DNA of 64,000 nucleotides from Carcharhinus amblyrhynchos (Eukaryota), in contig OZ336870.1 in assembly GCA_965287045.1 (NCBI GenBank), positions 132,060,001 through 132,124,000 on the forward strand. Reading direction: 5' to 3'. Below, piece after piece: positions 1-13,000 of this stretch. The position numbers were made by a program, and so were the translations under genes. The notes under the pieces were generated by a model that saw nothing but the letters and a program-made list of their open reading frames with translations, was not told where the DNA came from and ran no database searches. The stretch's first letter is position 1. Each line of letters begins with the position of its first letter.

Positions 1-2367
1 CCTATTTAAGATGATGGCTACCTGTACTCTGTTTAAAAAAATGATGAGGTGGAAGTCATATGTCATGGGCCTCTAGCATGTGGAACAAATAATAGATTGC
101 TGAACTGAAAAGTTTGTTTTGCTGTTTACCATCTAACTTATAGCCTCTCTTGCCCAAATGGAATAACTGATTCCCATCTACACTGTTTCTGCTGAAAATC
201 CTGTGCCATTGCCTATGGAGACTGATTCATCTCTGTGTGCCAATCTTATTGTGTGAAGTCAACGCCACTGGAAAAGTGAATTCTGCAAGATCAATTTTCA
301 GTGCACTGACCTCCATGACAAAATACTTTATTGGATTCCAGAGCCAAAATCAAGGCCCATGTGAACCAATAATATTTTCTCTGTACTATGGAACTTTATC
401 TGTTTTTGGTGTTCTGAAACTTTGTTCTTTGTTCTCTTTAAGTAGCCATGCCAAATCACGAAGTTTTCAGAATAACTACTTTAATCAAGCTAAATAGCTA
501 GGCCGCTGGAATGTCTGCTGGTGGTCAGTCAGAGTTCAGAATTCATGATTACACAAGCAGATATTATTTCATCTTTGATTACAAGTAATTAACATTTACC
601 CATCAAAGTATAGGGGTTATCTCTATCCACTCTCAACTATTGATTAGAGTTACATCATGCATAAGATACGAATGTTAAAACCAATTGCTGCCATTGTATG
701 CCTGTTTAATTATAATATCCAATCAGTGTAAAATTTGATTGTGTTAGCTGTCCATTGTTGCAAGTTATCCTTGACATGCCAGCTTAATCATCTCTCCCAT
801 ATCCAGAGGTCTGATTTGTTGAATTCTCTCAGACTAAGGGCCTTTGTTAAATAAACCTATATTCTATGGTTTCCACTCTTGCTACTAGTTCTCGAAGCTT
901 ATTGGGGTCAACTGTAATAAAGAGTTATTGTTTCTCTCATAGCAGCTTATGTGTTTTTTTTAAACTTCGTGATAGTGAAAGGGCTAATAATCACACCTCG
1001 GGATTGCATTATGAACCACATTTTGAGTATGTGCAAACTAACCCTTTTTGCTGCAGAGTTATGAATAGAAAATTGGATCAACATTATCAGAGAGATTGGG
1101 AAATACACCACTGTTAATAAAGAGGGAAACAAATCAAAACCCTTTTCTGCTTATGGAAGGGTGATGAGAGGAATAATTTCATGCTGTTTAAATTAACCCC
1201 CATCTGTAACACATGACGTGCAACATGGTGATACCTTTAGTTAACGTGATCACTCAAAAACGAGAACTATAGAGAAATGTGTGTTTTGGATTGAAACTTG
1301 TTATGAGGTGGATGCTAAAATTGATTAATTTTCTGCTTTTCATTATAGACTGTTTTTCATATAAGGTACAATTAAACTGGAGGAATGTGATTTGGTTGAA
1401 ATCCACTTGTGCTTATAATCCTGCTGATTATAGTAGTAATGAAGATGTTAATATAGTGCATTGATTTTGGTATTACAATTACGCGATTTTTCAAAAATCA
1501 CTCGCCCTCCCCCTCTACTCATCCTGCTGGACGGAAGCCAATCATTTATTAGTATAGTTCATTTACTTTGGCCAATAAAATGCTAGTCTCTGATGGCATG
1601 GGAATACATATATAAAATTATTTCTCCCTGTATCCTAGCAACTCTTTATCGGGAAATTGTATTGCTCTATTCATTCTCCAGTCTGGGACCAACACTGATA
1701 AGAGGGTTCCTTTTCTTCTGTCAGTAGCTAGATTGTTTTCAAAGAACGTGGTTGTTCTTAATGAGCTATATCCCATCATGCTTAGAGCAGTATAATTGGC
1801 CAAGGTGTATGCTTTTAATACTGAACATAGTAAGTTTTCAAAAATACATATAACCTGTTGGAGAATTTAAATATGTTTCTAATCAAACAGTACCTTTGTA
1901 ACTCCAGGTACTTTTTAACTTTCACTGTACTATATACACTATAATATACTATAACCTATTCTGACCTGTTAGTCTTTTTTATTCCCAGGTTATCCTAAAC
2001 CCCTTCTAACAATACCAAATCCCTTGTTTTGCAATTTGTGGCAGTTATGCTTTTTTTTTTATGATATTGGATCAAAGATGGAAATGCACAGAAATAAGTT
2101 ATACACAACAAAAGCTAACTGATGTCAGAATCTTAAACTGTTGAGTTCTAGCCTAATAACTGTCTTTATATATCACATCACTGATAAACTGATAGTGAGA
2201 ATTGCTAAGATTATTATTCAGTTTGTACGGCTGTTCATAAAAATTGCCGTTGTGGAAGTTATTTTATCTTATTCTGAGTTGAACTGAATTAGTCAGCACA
2301 TTGAAATGTTATAAACCATACATAATGGCATTGTTCCAGTAAATAGTTTTTGTATCGAATTTGAGTT

Positions 2368-2515
2368 TAATAAGTTTGTTTAATAATGTCACAAGTAGGC
2401 TTACATTAATATTGCAGTGAAGTTACTGTGGAAATCCCCTAGTTGCCACACTCTGGCACCTGGTTGGGTACACAGAAGGAGAATTTATCACGGCTAATGC
2501 ACCAGCACGTCATTC
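2368..2515 (-). mobile_element. V-SINE, tail type B, 3' part
   Basis: Reverse complement of cacagtaacttcactgcaatattaatgtaagcctacttgtgac tail. Confidence 0.8.
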
Positions 2516-2694
2516 ACCACAACGCCACTATAATATTCTACAATCAATGCATTCAACATAGTAATCTATATCCTAAACATGTTGTACATATCATGTGGAG
2601 TTCCTGTTCCAATTTTATGCTGGGAATTTTCTATGTATATATGTATAATTTGCTACTCTATGCATTTTATAATGGAAGAGCTCTGTGTAAACAT

Positions 2695-2980
2695 GGGCAG
2701 CACAGTGGTTAATACCGTTGCTCACCATGCTAGGGACCCAGGCTCAATTCCAGCCTCAGATCATTGCCTGTGCAGAGTCTGCACATTCTCCCATGTCTGC
2801 GTAGGTTTCCTCCAGGTGCTCCAGTTTCCTCCCACAGTCCAAAGATGTGCTGGTTAGGTGCATTGGCCATCCTAAATTCTCCCGACCAGGCGCCTGGGTA
2901 TGTGGTGACTAGAAGATTTTCACAGTAATTTCATTGTAGTGCTAATATAAGCCTACTCGTGACACTAATAAATAAACTTA
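2695..2980 (+). mobile_element. tRNA-derived V-SINE, tail type B, full length
   Basis: Pol III A/B-box head (cagtggtt...ggctcaattc), V-domain gtttcctcccacagtccaaagatg, tail gcctactcgtgacactaataaataaac. Confidence 0.85.
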
Positions 2981-3955
2981 TAAGTTCACCATAGCTGTTG
3001 ATGAATCTATCAAATCACATAATGCAGTTTACTTAGTAACAAACTTGAAAGCCAGACTTTCACAAATCACAGGATTGAAAAATTATAGATTGAGTAATCT
3101 GATTTCTATTTATCAATTGAAATGTTTCTGTCTTCCATAACCTCCATCAAAGGTTTCAGTTAAAGGCCTCAGCTTTCCTCAAAGCTCAGAACAGTGACTC
3201 TAAGCTGAAAGTAGATCCCACAGAGTATGTTCAATGCGTACTCTTTCCCATGGTACATCTGTGACTTTTAAGCTTGTAAATGATGAAATACTTTTGTATG
3301 ATTAAACTCTGTGACTGTGTTTCAAAATTATTTGTAGAAAAGCTAGAGGGCAAATTTCCAAATGTTTAATGATAGTTAAAGCAACGTTGTGCATAGACCT
3401 GCGATGAGGCAGAGGAAAAAGTGTAATGTACTAAGCACAAACCTATTGCTTTAGCTGATGGATATTCTATAAACTAGAAAGAACAAAATACAGTGTATTT
3501 CCACTTTTTAATTTGAGAATGTTAAAGATGAATTTTGAATACAAACAGAAGTCTGACCATTATCTACATTTTGCTGATAATTGAAAATGTAAACAATCTA
3601 ATTAGACTCATCATTGCATGAGGCAGCAGGTGAGTGAAGCTCACAGTAGAGAAAAAATTACTTCATCCATTTTCCACCCAGATAGTAATGGCAAAACGTC
3701 TCATTTTAATGCTTGCAAATGTTTCTTGGAAAGTTGTAAACTGGCGGTCATGCTGGGGTTTGGCAGCAATGGGTTTTAATGGTACACCTTCTACTAAAAT
3801 GTTCTAATATACAGTTGGCTAATTAATTAATTATTGGCTTTAAACCACTTATGTGAATGCTGTATCCACAGTTTATTGTATGGAATAATTGTTTGAATTG
3901 AAAAGTGTATATTACATGAATCCAAAGTAATCCTTTTTTTTTGTTTGGTTTATAG

Positions 3956-4001
3956 ATCGTTCCAATAGAAATAAACCTGACCAATCAGTCCGCAGTTCTA
4001 G
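3956..4001 (+). CDS. SH3D19: SH3D19 exon (46 nt, phase 1 to 2): (D)RSNRNKPDQSVRSS
   Basis: T-rich tract + tatag acceptor, AG|gtaagg donor; resembles human DRNERNKPEHRSSS. Confidence 0.85.
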
Positions 4002-7000
4002 GTAAGGAAAATGTGACACTTTGGAAAGCATAAGTTGGATGTATGGAATATGTTGTTTTCCTCATTTGCACTAACCCTTTAGTGTGTTAGACAGAGACAG
4101 CAATGTGGTAACTGAGCATTGTAAGGGACCATACCTTCACAAAAGAACCATTTTTAAGAGAAACATCTACTGAATTGGACTCTATTGTCACAAATAATAA
4201 TTCAAAACAGAGTTCAATTTAGAACGATTTGTTTCTTGACATGTTTATGGAATCTACTGTGTGTTTATTTTACAAAGTAAAACATGAAGATGGGTGGCAT
4301 GATGGCACAGTGGTTAGCATTGCTGCCTAATAGTATCAGGGACCCAGGTTCGATTCCAGCCTTGGGTGACTGTGGAGTTTGCACGTTCTCCTCGTGATTG
4401 CATAGGTTTCCTTCAGGTGCTCAGGTTTCCTCCCACAGTTCAAAGATATGCAGGTCAGGTGGATTGACCGTGCTAAATTGCCTCTTGGTGCCCCAAGATG
4501 TATACGTTAAGGAATTTGGTAGGTTAAATGCATAGTGTTACGAGGGATAGGCAGGGGTACATCTGGGTAAGATGCACTGCCAGAGAATCAGTGCATTTTC
4601 GATTGGCAGAATGGCCTCCTGCTGTATGGAACACTACCATTGCTGAATTCCCCCGCCCCATCAACATCCTTATTAGAAACTGAACTGGACTAGCCATATA
4701 AATACTATGGCTCCCAGAGCAGTTCCAAGGTTAGGAATCTTGCAGCAAGTAACTAACTCACCTGTCCCTTCACTGGATCAAAATCCTGAAATTCCCTCCC
4801 TAACAGTACTGAGGGTGTATCTATAAGATATCAATCAAGTTGAATAGGTTGGAGGTGGGATGGGGGGGGGGGCTGTGTGCAGGAGGTCTAAAGTCTGTCC
4901 GTCATTGCTTCCTTTAGTTGCAAAAGCAGCAGTTGTGGAAAAGCTCAGTAGGTTTGGCAGCAGCTGTGGAGAGGGCAGATGAGATACTTTAGTTACTCCT
5001 CATTCCCCAGAACTGTAAGTTAGGACAGATTAGCTTTTAGAATCATAGAATCTCTAAAGTGCAGAAGAGGCCACTCAGCCCATCAAATCTGCACTGACTC
5101 TGAGACTATCTAGTGCACACCTGGTTCCCATGTTCTAGTCTTGTGTGTTAAGATATTCAGCATTTTGAACTGTATAGCAAACTGATCAGCATCTGAAACA
5201 AAAGGATGAATTACTCTGCTGGCATGATCCTCCACTCTCATAACTAACAAGGATTAGCAGAACTCGTGAACTTGTTACCAAGACTGATATCCCATCAGCT
5301 GCCTCTGCCACTGCTCTTCCTTCATCAATCCCACTTGGCCAGACTTCCTCCAGTATTCCTTCTACCCTAATCCTGAACTTTTTAAAAAAAATTATTTTCC
5401 AGTTTCATGCCTTTTCTGAGCTTATCTTGTCTAACACTCACCTCCTGTTCCCTCATCCTATTCTCAGTAAACAGCTGACCACCTAATTTCTCTTCCTAGT
5501 CCCTGTGTTAGCTAATACTGTTAATTGTGTTCTGTGCCCCCCTCTTCTAAACCTGCAGTCATCACCCCTCTCAAGAAAAAATCCTGACCTGTTTAGTCAT
5601 GCAAACTACCTCCCTTTCCTCTCCATATACAGTTTTGACAAAGGGTCATTTGGACCTGAAACATCAGCTCTTTTGTTCCTTACAGATGCAGCCAGACCTG
5701 CTGAGATCTTCCAGCATTTTCTCTTTTGGTCCCTTTCCCTTTCTCTCTGATGTCCTTGAATTTGTTGTCAGCTCTCTAAATCCATGCCATCTTTCCTAAG
5801 TCTCTATGCTTGAATGCCTCTGATCAGGTTTTCACAACAGTACTGAAACAGTTCATATCAAAGTCATAAGTGATATTCAACGAAAGTAAATAATCCTTTC
5901 TCATCTTTCTAAACCTGCCTGTTGCCTTTGACCGGGTTGATCCTGCTATCCTCTTTCAACATCTCTCCATCATCCTGCAGTGGGGTGGGACTGCACTTGC
6001 CTGGTTCCATTCTATCTAGTTGTAGCCATTGTGTCATCTGCAATGGCTTCTCTGCTCGCTCCTATACTCTTACCTCTGGTGTCCCCCAAATGCCATTCCT
6101 ACAATTCTCCATCTACACACTACACTGGGGCGATTATCACCAAAATTACAGCATCAGTTTCCACATGAACACTGACAATACTTAGACCTACCTCACTTTA
6201 CCTCTTCACTCTCTTTATATTTGTCAGGCTATTTGTCTCATTGTTTTGGATGAGCAGCAATTTCCTCCAATTAAACACTGAGAAGACTAAAATCACTGAT
6301 TTCAGTGCTACCTCCAAACTTCTATCCCTAGCTGCCAACTCTGTCCTTCTGCTTGACAAGTCTGAGGCTGAGCCAGACAGTCCACTAAAATTTTACGTTT
6401 GACCCCCAAGCTGAGCTCCCAATATAAGTCTATACCATTATAAAGATAGCCTATTTTCACCTCTGTAAAGTCGCTTTATTTCATCACTGCCTCAGCTTAT
6501 CTGGTACAAATTCCTTTTCATATTTTTGTTATCACTAAATGTTATTATTGTAACCTAATGCTGGTTGATGCTCTGCTTTCTATCCTCTGTAAACTTGAGC
6601 TCAACCAACTCTGCTGCTCGAGTCCTAACACACACTCTTCACACATGTACCGACTGATCTAGCTTGGCTTCCAGTTTAACCATGCCTCAGTGTTAAAACT
6701 TTACTCTTTGACTGTATTTTACACTGGGGGTGAGGTACCTGGCCCCAGAGGCCCTGCTTCAGAGCTACCAGCCAACCCAATGGCCAGTGGCTCCCTTTTC
6801 CCAGCACCACTGGGAGTTGTGGCCAATATGGGACTGCCGCAAGTCCGAGAGGGAAGGGAACTGTGATGAAGCGCAGATGAAGGCACGTCCGCGATCTCAC
6901 CAAGACCGGGCTGGCAGGCCCCTGGGTGGAAGGTAGGATCAGAGAGGGGTGAGGTGGCTTCTCTCAGGTGAGGGGACCTGGAAAGGAAACCCATCCCCCA

Positions 7001-10000
7001 TTCCCAGCCATCAGTCCACTAGGTTTTACTTGGCAGGCTGGATGACTGACTGATTCTTGAATTCCCCATCAAGAGTAAAATCCCAGTGACATCCTTGGGC
7101 CACCTGACAAACTCTCTTCTCCTCCTTCCCCCGCCTGAAACCCTCTTCCAGCAATCCTATTTCAGAGGGAAGGCCCTTTAAAATCCCAACCTTGATTTAA
7201 AATCCCTGCATTGCATTGCCACACTACTTCCTAGTTCCGTCATTTTTGTTTAGTTCCACATCCCACTGAGATATCTACACTCCATTCATTCTGGCAACGC
7301 CCTTTAAAATACAACTCTTTGACTAAGATTTTTGGCTTTCAGCCCTGCATGGCTTGATGTCAAATGTTGCTTTATAATGTTCCTGCATAGTCCTTGGGGC
7401 ATTTTATTACATTGAAAGTGTAGTGTAAATACAAATTATTGCCGACTTCTCAATACTTAATGCTTAAGTCTGTTTCAATGTTGGTGACTCACGTCATCCC
7501 TCCTGAAGCTACTTTAAAATAAAAAGTAATTTGCAATTTATTGACTGTGAAGTACTTGGAAGCATCTTGAGTTTTGTAATTCACTAACTTTCTTCATTCT
7601 TTAAACAGTTAATTCAAGATGTCCTCAATTAGAGTAATTTCCGCCCCCCCCCCCCAGTCAGACATTGTGCTACTATGAGATTGGAGCAGTTTGGCTAGTC
7701 CTAGTTTTGTCCTTTGAATTTAAGATTTGCACCCTTTGCTACTCTAGGTGTGAACTTTCAGAGGTATCGTTCTTAGATGAGCTTGACATATCTCAAATTA
7801 CACCTGCAATAAATGAAAATGACCCTTATGAAATTATAGAACATAGAAAAACTACAGCACAAACAGGCCCTTTGGCCCACAAGTTGCACCGATCATATCT
7901 CTACCTACTAGGCTTACCTATAACCCTCAATCCCACTAAGTCCCATGTACTCATCCAGAAGTTTCTTAAAAGACTCTATCAAATCTGCTTCCACCACCAC
8001 CGCCGGCAGCCGATTCCATGCACCCGCCACCCTCTGAGTGAAAAACTTACCCCTGACACCTTCTCTATACCTACTCCCCAGCACCCTCAACCTGTGTCCT
8101 CTTGTGGCAGCCATTTCAGCTCTGGGAAAAAGCCTCTGAGAATTCACCCAACCAATACCTCTCAAAATCTTATGCATCTCTATCAGGTCACCTCTCATCC
8201 TTCATCTCTCCAAGGAGGAAAGACCGAGCTCTCTCAACCTATCCTCATAAGGCATGCCACCCAATCCAGGCAACATCCTTGTAAATCTCCTCTGCACCCT
8301 TTCAATGGCTTCCACATCCTTCCTGTAATGAGGCGAGCAGAACTGAGCACAGTACTCCAAGTGGGGTCTCACCAGGTCTTATACAGTTGCAGCATTATCT
8401 CCCGACTCCTCAACTCAGTTTCTCGATTGATGAAGGCCAGTGCACCATATGCCTTCTTAACCACATCCTCTACCTGCGAAGCCAATTTGACAGTCCTATG
8501 AACCTGGACCCCACGATCCTTCTGATCTTCCACGCTACTAAGAGTCTTACCCTTGATATTATACTCCTCCATCCCATTTGACCTGCCAAAATGAACCACC
8601 ACACACTTCTCCAGGTTGAAGGCCATCTGTCACTCCTCCGCCCAGTCTTGCATCCTATCTATTGTCTTGCTGCAACTTCTGACATCCCTCCAAACTATCC
8701 ACATCACCTCCAACCTCCATGTCATCGGCAAACTTACCAACCCACCCACTTCCTCCCCCAGGTCATTTATGAAAATTGCAAACAGCAAGGGTCCCAGAAC
8801 AGATCCCTGGGGCACTCCACTGGTGATCAAACTCCATGCAGAAAAAGACCCATCTACAACCACTCTCTGCCTTCTGTGGGCAAGCTAGTTCTGGATCCAC
8901 AAAGCAACGTCCCCTTGGATCCCATGCCCCTCACTTTCTCAATAAGTCTTGCATAGGGGAACCTTATCAAACACCTTGCTGAAGTCTATATAAACCACCT
9001 CTGCTGCTCTTCCTTTGTCAATGTGTTTAGTCATATTTTCAAAAAACTCAACCAGGCTCGTAAGGCACGATCTGCTTTTGACAAAGCTGTGCTGACTACT
9101 TTTGATCATATTATACGTCTCTAAATGTTCATAAATTCCGTCTCTCAGGATCTTCTCAAGTCCCTAAAATTACACTCATTTCAGCATTTCAAAAATATGT
9201 AATAGTCCTCAAAATATTTTTTGGCTTTAAAAGCAACATTAGTTCTTTTTTAAAAAAGTTCTTGCTGAGCTGGTGAGCGTGGCATTTGTTCATAGAATCA
9301 TAGAAATCCTACAATGCAGAAGGAAGCTATTTGGCCTGTCAAGTCTGCACTGGCAACAATCCCACCCAGGCCCTATCCCTGTAACCCCACATATTTACCC
9401 TGCTAATCCCTCTAACCTAGGCATCCCTGACACCAAGGGACAATTTAGCATGGTCAGTCCACCTAACCCGCACACCTTTGGACTGTGGGAGGAAACCATA
9501 GCACCCAGAGAAAATCCACGCAGATACGGGGAGAATGTTCAAACACCACAGACAGTTACCCGAGCCAAGAATTGAGCTCGGGTTCTGGAAGGTGTGAGGC
9601 AACAGTGCTAACCACTGTGTCACTGTTGCGTATCCCTGAACTAAAATTGGCTCCAAAAGCTCTTCGAAAAGAAGCCGTATAGTACCAAAAATCTGTTTAT
9701 GGGGGGAGAGGTAGAGAAAAATCGCAAGTTTCACTATAAAATGAAATGCGCATTCATTTTTGCGGTAATTTCATTGCAGTGTTAATATAAGCCTACTTGT
9801 GACTAACTAATGAATAAACTTTAAACATTTCTAAATTCACCTTACTACAAACAGCACTTCTATGTTCTCAAGCTTTTTCTTGTGTCCCTGAACTAGCAGC
9901 AGCAGAACATTTACTGTATGGGGTGGCACAGTAGCACAGTGCTGCTTCACAGTGCCAGGGACCCAGGTTCGATTCCTGGCTTGGGTCACTGTCTGTGTGG

Positions 10001-13000
10001 AGTTTGCATGTTCTCCCCATGTCTGCGTAGGTTTCTTCCGGATGCTCTGGTTTCCTCCCATGTTCTTAAAGACGTGCTGGTTAGGTGCATTGATCCGAAC
10101 AGGTGCCGGAGTGTGGCAACTAGAGGAATTTCACAGTAACTTAATTGCAGTGTTAAACATCACTTGGGACTAATAAATAAAACTTTTATTTTAAAATAGC
10201 TGCAACTTAAGTTATTGACCTGTGTCCTGTTGCACTTTGTGTGTTCATCTTTAGATGCCGTAACAATATTCTGTACTGTTTTCGATCTTCCAGCTTCTTT
10301 GGGCACTTTGTCAGCTTCTCTTTTTTTTCAGATTGATATTATGCAAGCGAAAAGAAAAATTTTATAATCTGTTTTGGAATCAACTTCTATACAGAAGTTT
10401 GCATATCTACCATCTTGGTGCTATGCATCTGGGAGATGTGTTATATTTTATTGCCTGAAGGATCAGTGTTCAAATTAACTTCCAATGCTGCCAAGCAATG
10501 GAAGTGCTTTCTGCACATAGTTCACTAAACTGCCTAGTGGAGCTTACCTCCCTGATAACGATGGACACAAACAAAATCTGAATGCAGCACAACTCCTGTT
10601 TGCTATGCATCACTTTTTAAGAGAAAAAACTGTACTGGATTTCTGAAGCTCAGCAAGAGAAATCAAAATCTATGATGCGAAGTTGACTTGCACTATGTCC
10701 AGTCATGACAACAGTGAAAATAAAGATATGGTAGTCGTAAAAAAAGAGTTGAGAGAGGATGATCTCTTTTGATGATAATTGAAAACTTTGAGATTTATGT
10801 TACACCAGCTTTTAGGAGTCCTTGTGAATGCTTAGGCCTGTACTGAACAGCCAACAGATCAAACATTGAACCTGGATCTCATTGACCTGTGTGAGGCAAT
10901 GACACATTGCTCAACATGTTTATAAGCTGAACTGTTTTAGAGCTCCCTCCTATATGCTTCTATTTCCTTTATTTTGGTTGGCCTTTTTAAATGCAGAATA
11001 AAAATATTTATGTGGAAAACTTAAGAGTTAATGGTTCTTGGCTAATAAACAACAGATAAATCACAAATTTATAGTCCAGTTAGATTTTCTATGTGTAACA
11101 GATGTTTGAAGCACATAAACAATGATTCATGAAACACAAAGCCAAAAAAACAGATGTATCATTTTAAAATGAAATTTTGTTGCAGATTGTCTGCATCACT
11201 TAATTACTCTACATTTATAACAAAACTGAATCTTTGCAATTTTGTTGTGTATCGCTTGCATGGATAGATGGAAAGATTAGAAATTTGTGTAGTTTTCCCC
11301 AACACACCAGTGAATCGAGGGAGGAGTGGGAGGGTGCATACAAATCTGTGCTTCCTGGTCAAGCCTGACCCATGGCTAACTCCATAGGTATCTGCGGAAG
11401 AGCGTCAGAGTCCCTTCACTTGCCCTCTTTCCAGTTCCACCAGCGGAAGCAACCACCTTCAGAATGAAGTTCCATGGAAAAGAAAACAAACAGGAAAATA
11501 TCCATATTTATTTGAGTTATTCATATTATGGGCTCTTTGCCCCTTTTGAGATGGGGAAGTGGGATGTTGTTTGATACAGATTTTTCAATGGCTGTTGTCA
11601 ATATTCAATCGTATGTTAGTTGAAATGAGGCGTGTGTTGGTGACATGTAGCCATTGAAAATGGCCAAGAGTCGTTTGTGGTAGGCAGTTATGTTTGAACA
11701 CTCAATTCAGATGGGTTTCAAACTTGAGCCACGTGAACTGCCATCTACAGCTAAAAGTTCAAAATAAATCGAGTAAAAGGACACAACAACTTAACTGAAT
11801 TACTGCGCAATTTGCAAAGGCAAGCACTGTGACAGACACAGAACAAGGACTATCCAGGGTATATTTGAGTTTTTCTTGAATTATTTTGTTTGCCATTGAA
11901 GATGCTACATGTTATGTGATATGGGTGCCAGCAGCTCTTAGGCTGTTCAATAATAAACAATTTCACAGTCCATCCTAATCTTGTATTTACTAGTCAGTAT
12001 AAAAAAAATCAAAAATCCTGGCACTTTTTTTTTCCTTGCCTTACCCCAGCTCCATTCCAAAACTCTAGGGAAATTACAGCGCACACATTTCTTTCTCCAC
12101 ATCAATCAGCTGATGGTGACCAAACTTAAATTTGAATTGAATATTTTCTGGCAGTTTATTAGACTGCACCTGATAAAGCATCGCCCACATCAATTGAATC
12201 AGATCAATTGAGGGTTATATTTATAGAATCATAGTGTGAATCAAAAGCCTCTGTGCTTTTGGGGAGAAAACTATGCCAGAACTTTCTGGCCATTCACACA
12301 AGTGGGAATTTGTGATGTCCCCGCACACCGCTGTGGATTTTGCAGCCATGAGGAATGCATTCAGTGGGAAGCCTATTGCAAGAGGTGGGTGTGTTGCTCT
12401 GAGACAATATCAGCAAAGTGGTGGTTTTCAGCATAGTGACCCTCCTGCCCCTTGAGTGCCTTTTACGAAGGGACTACCACCACCATACACCCCAGGACCC
12501 CACAAGCAAACATAATTGTACACAGCCCAAAAGGCAAGGCTGTGACTACTGCCCTGTTGAATACCACCAAGTGGAGAGATTGGGCAATAAATTGCCTTCA
12601 CATCCTGGACTTGGAATATAACTGGGAAGGCATGGTGTCCCACTGAAAAAAATGCCCACCCTTGCCTCCGAATTTGCCATGGCAAAGGACATTAAATTCC
12701 ACCTGTCAGTTTCATTCTCAACTCCTCAGATGAGGAACCTGTCCATGTCCACATGGAGCAAGACCTGGACACGATCCAGACTTAGGTTGCCAAGTGGCAA
12801 GTAACATTCATACCATTGTCAAGCAATGGACATTGCAACAAATCTTTTAACTGTCACTCCTTACCATTCAGTGACAGTGTCAGTACCAAATCCCATCCAA
12901 TAACTTACTGGGGGCTCACAATTGACCAGAAACTTTAAGTTGACCAGCTATAAAATTTACCTTTAACTTTTGATATGCTGTAGTAGCAGTTACTTTGCAG

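Larger units (their letters stand above)
5200..7442 (+). mobile_element. Degenerate L2 LINE (RT region + 3' tail), interrupted twice
   Basis: Remnant motifs STET..IKV, TSGVPQ, LNTEKT, NSAARVL, WLPV; L2-type tail near 7390-7442. Confidence 0.7.

Noticed and set aside
7485-7496. Overlapping AP-1 and CRE half-site (tgactcacgtca)
   Set aside because: Isolated short motif between repeats, with no supporting context.
7665-8501. 278-aa + strand ORF
   Set aside because: It is the antisense frame of the CR1 LINE 3' region; no independent protein signature.
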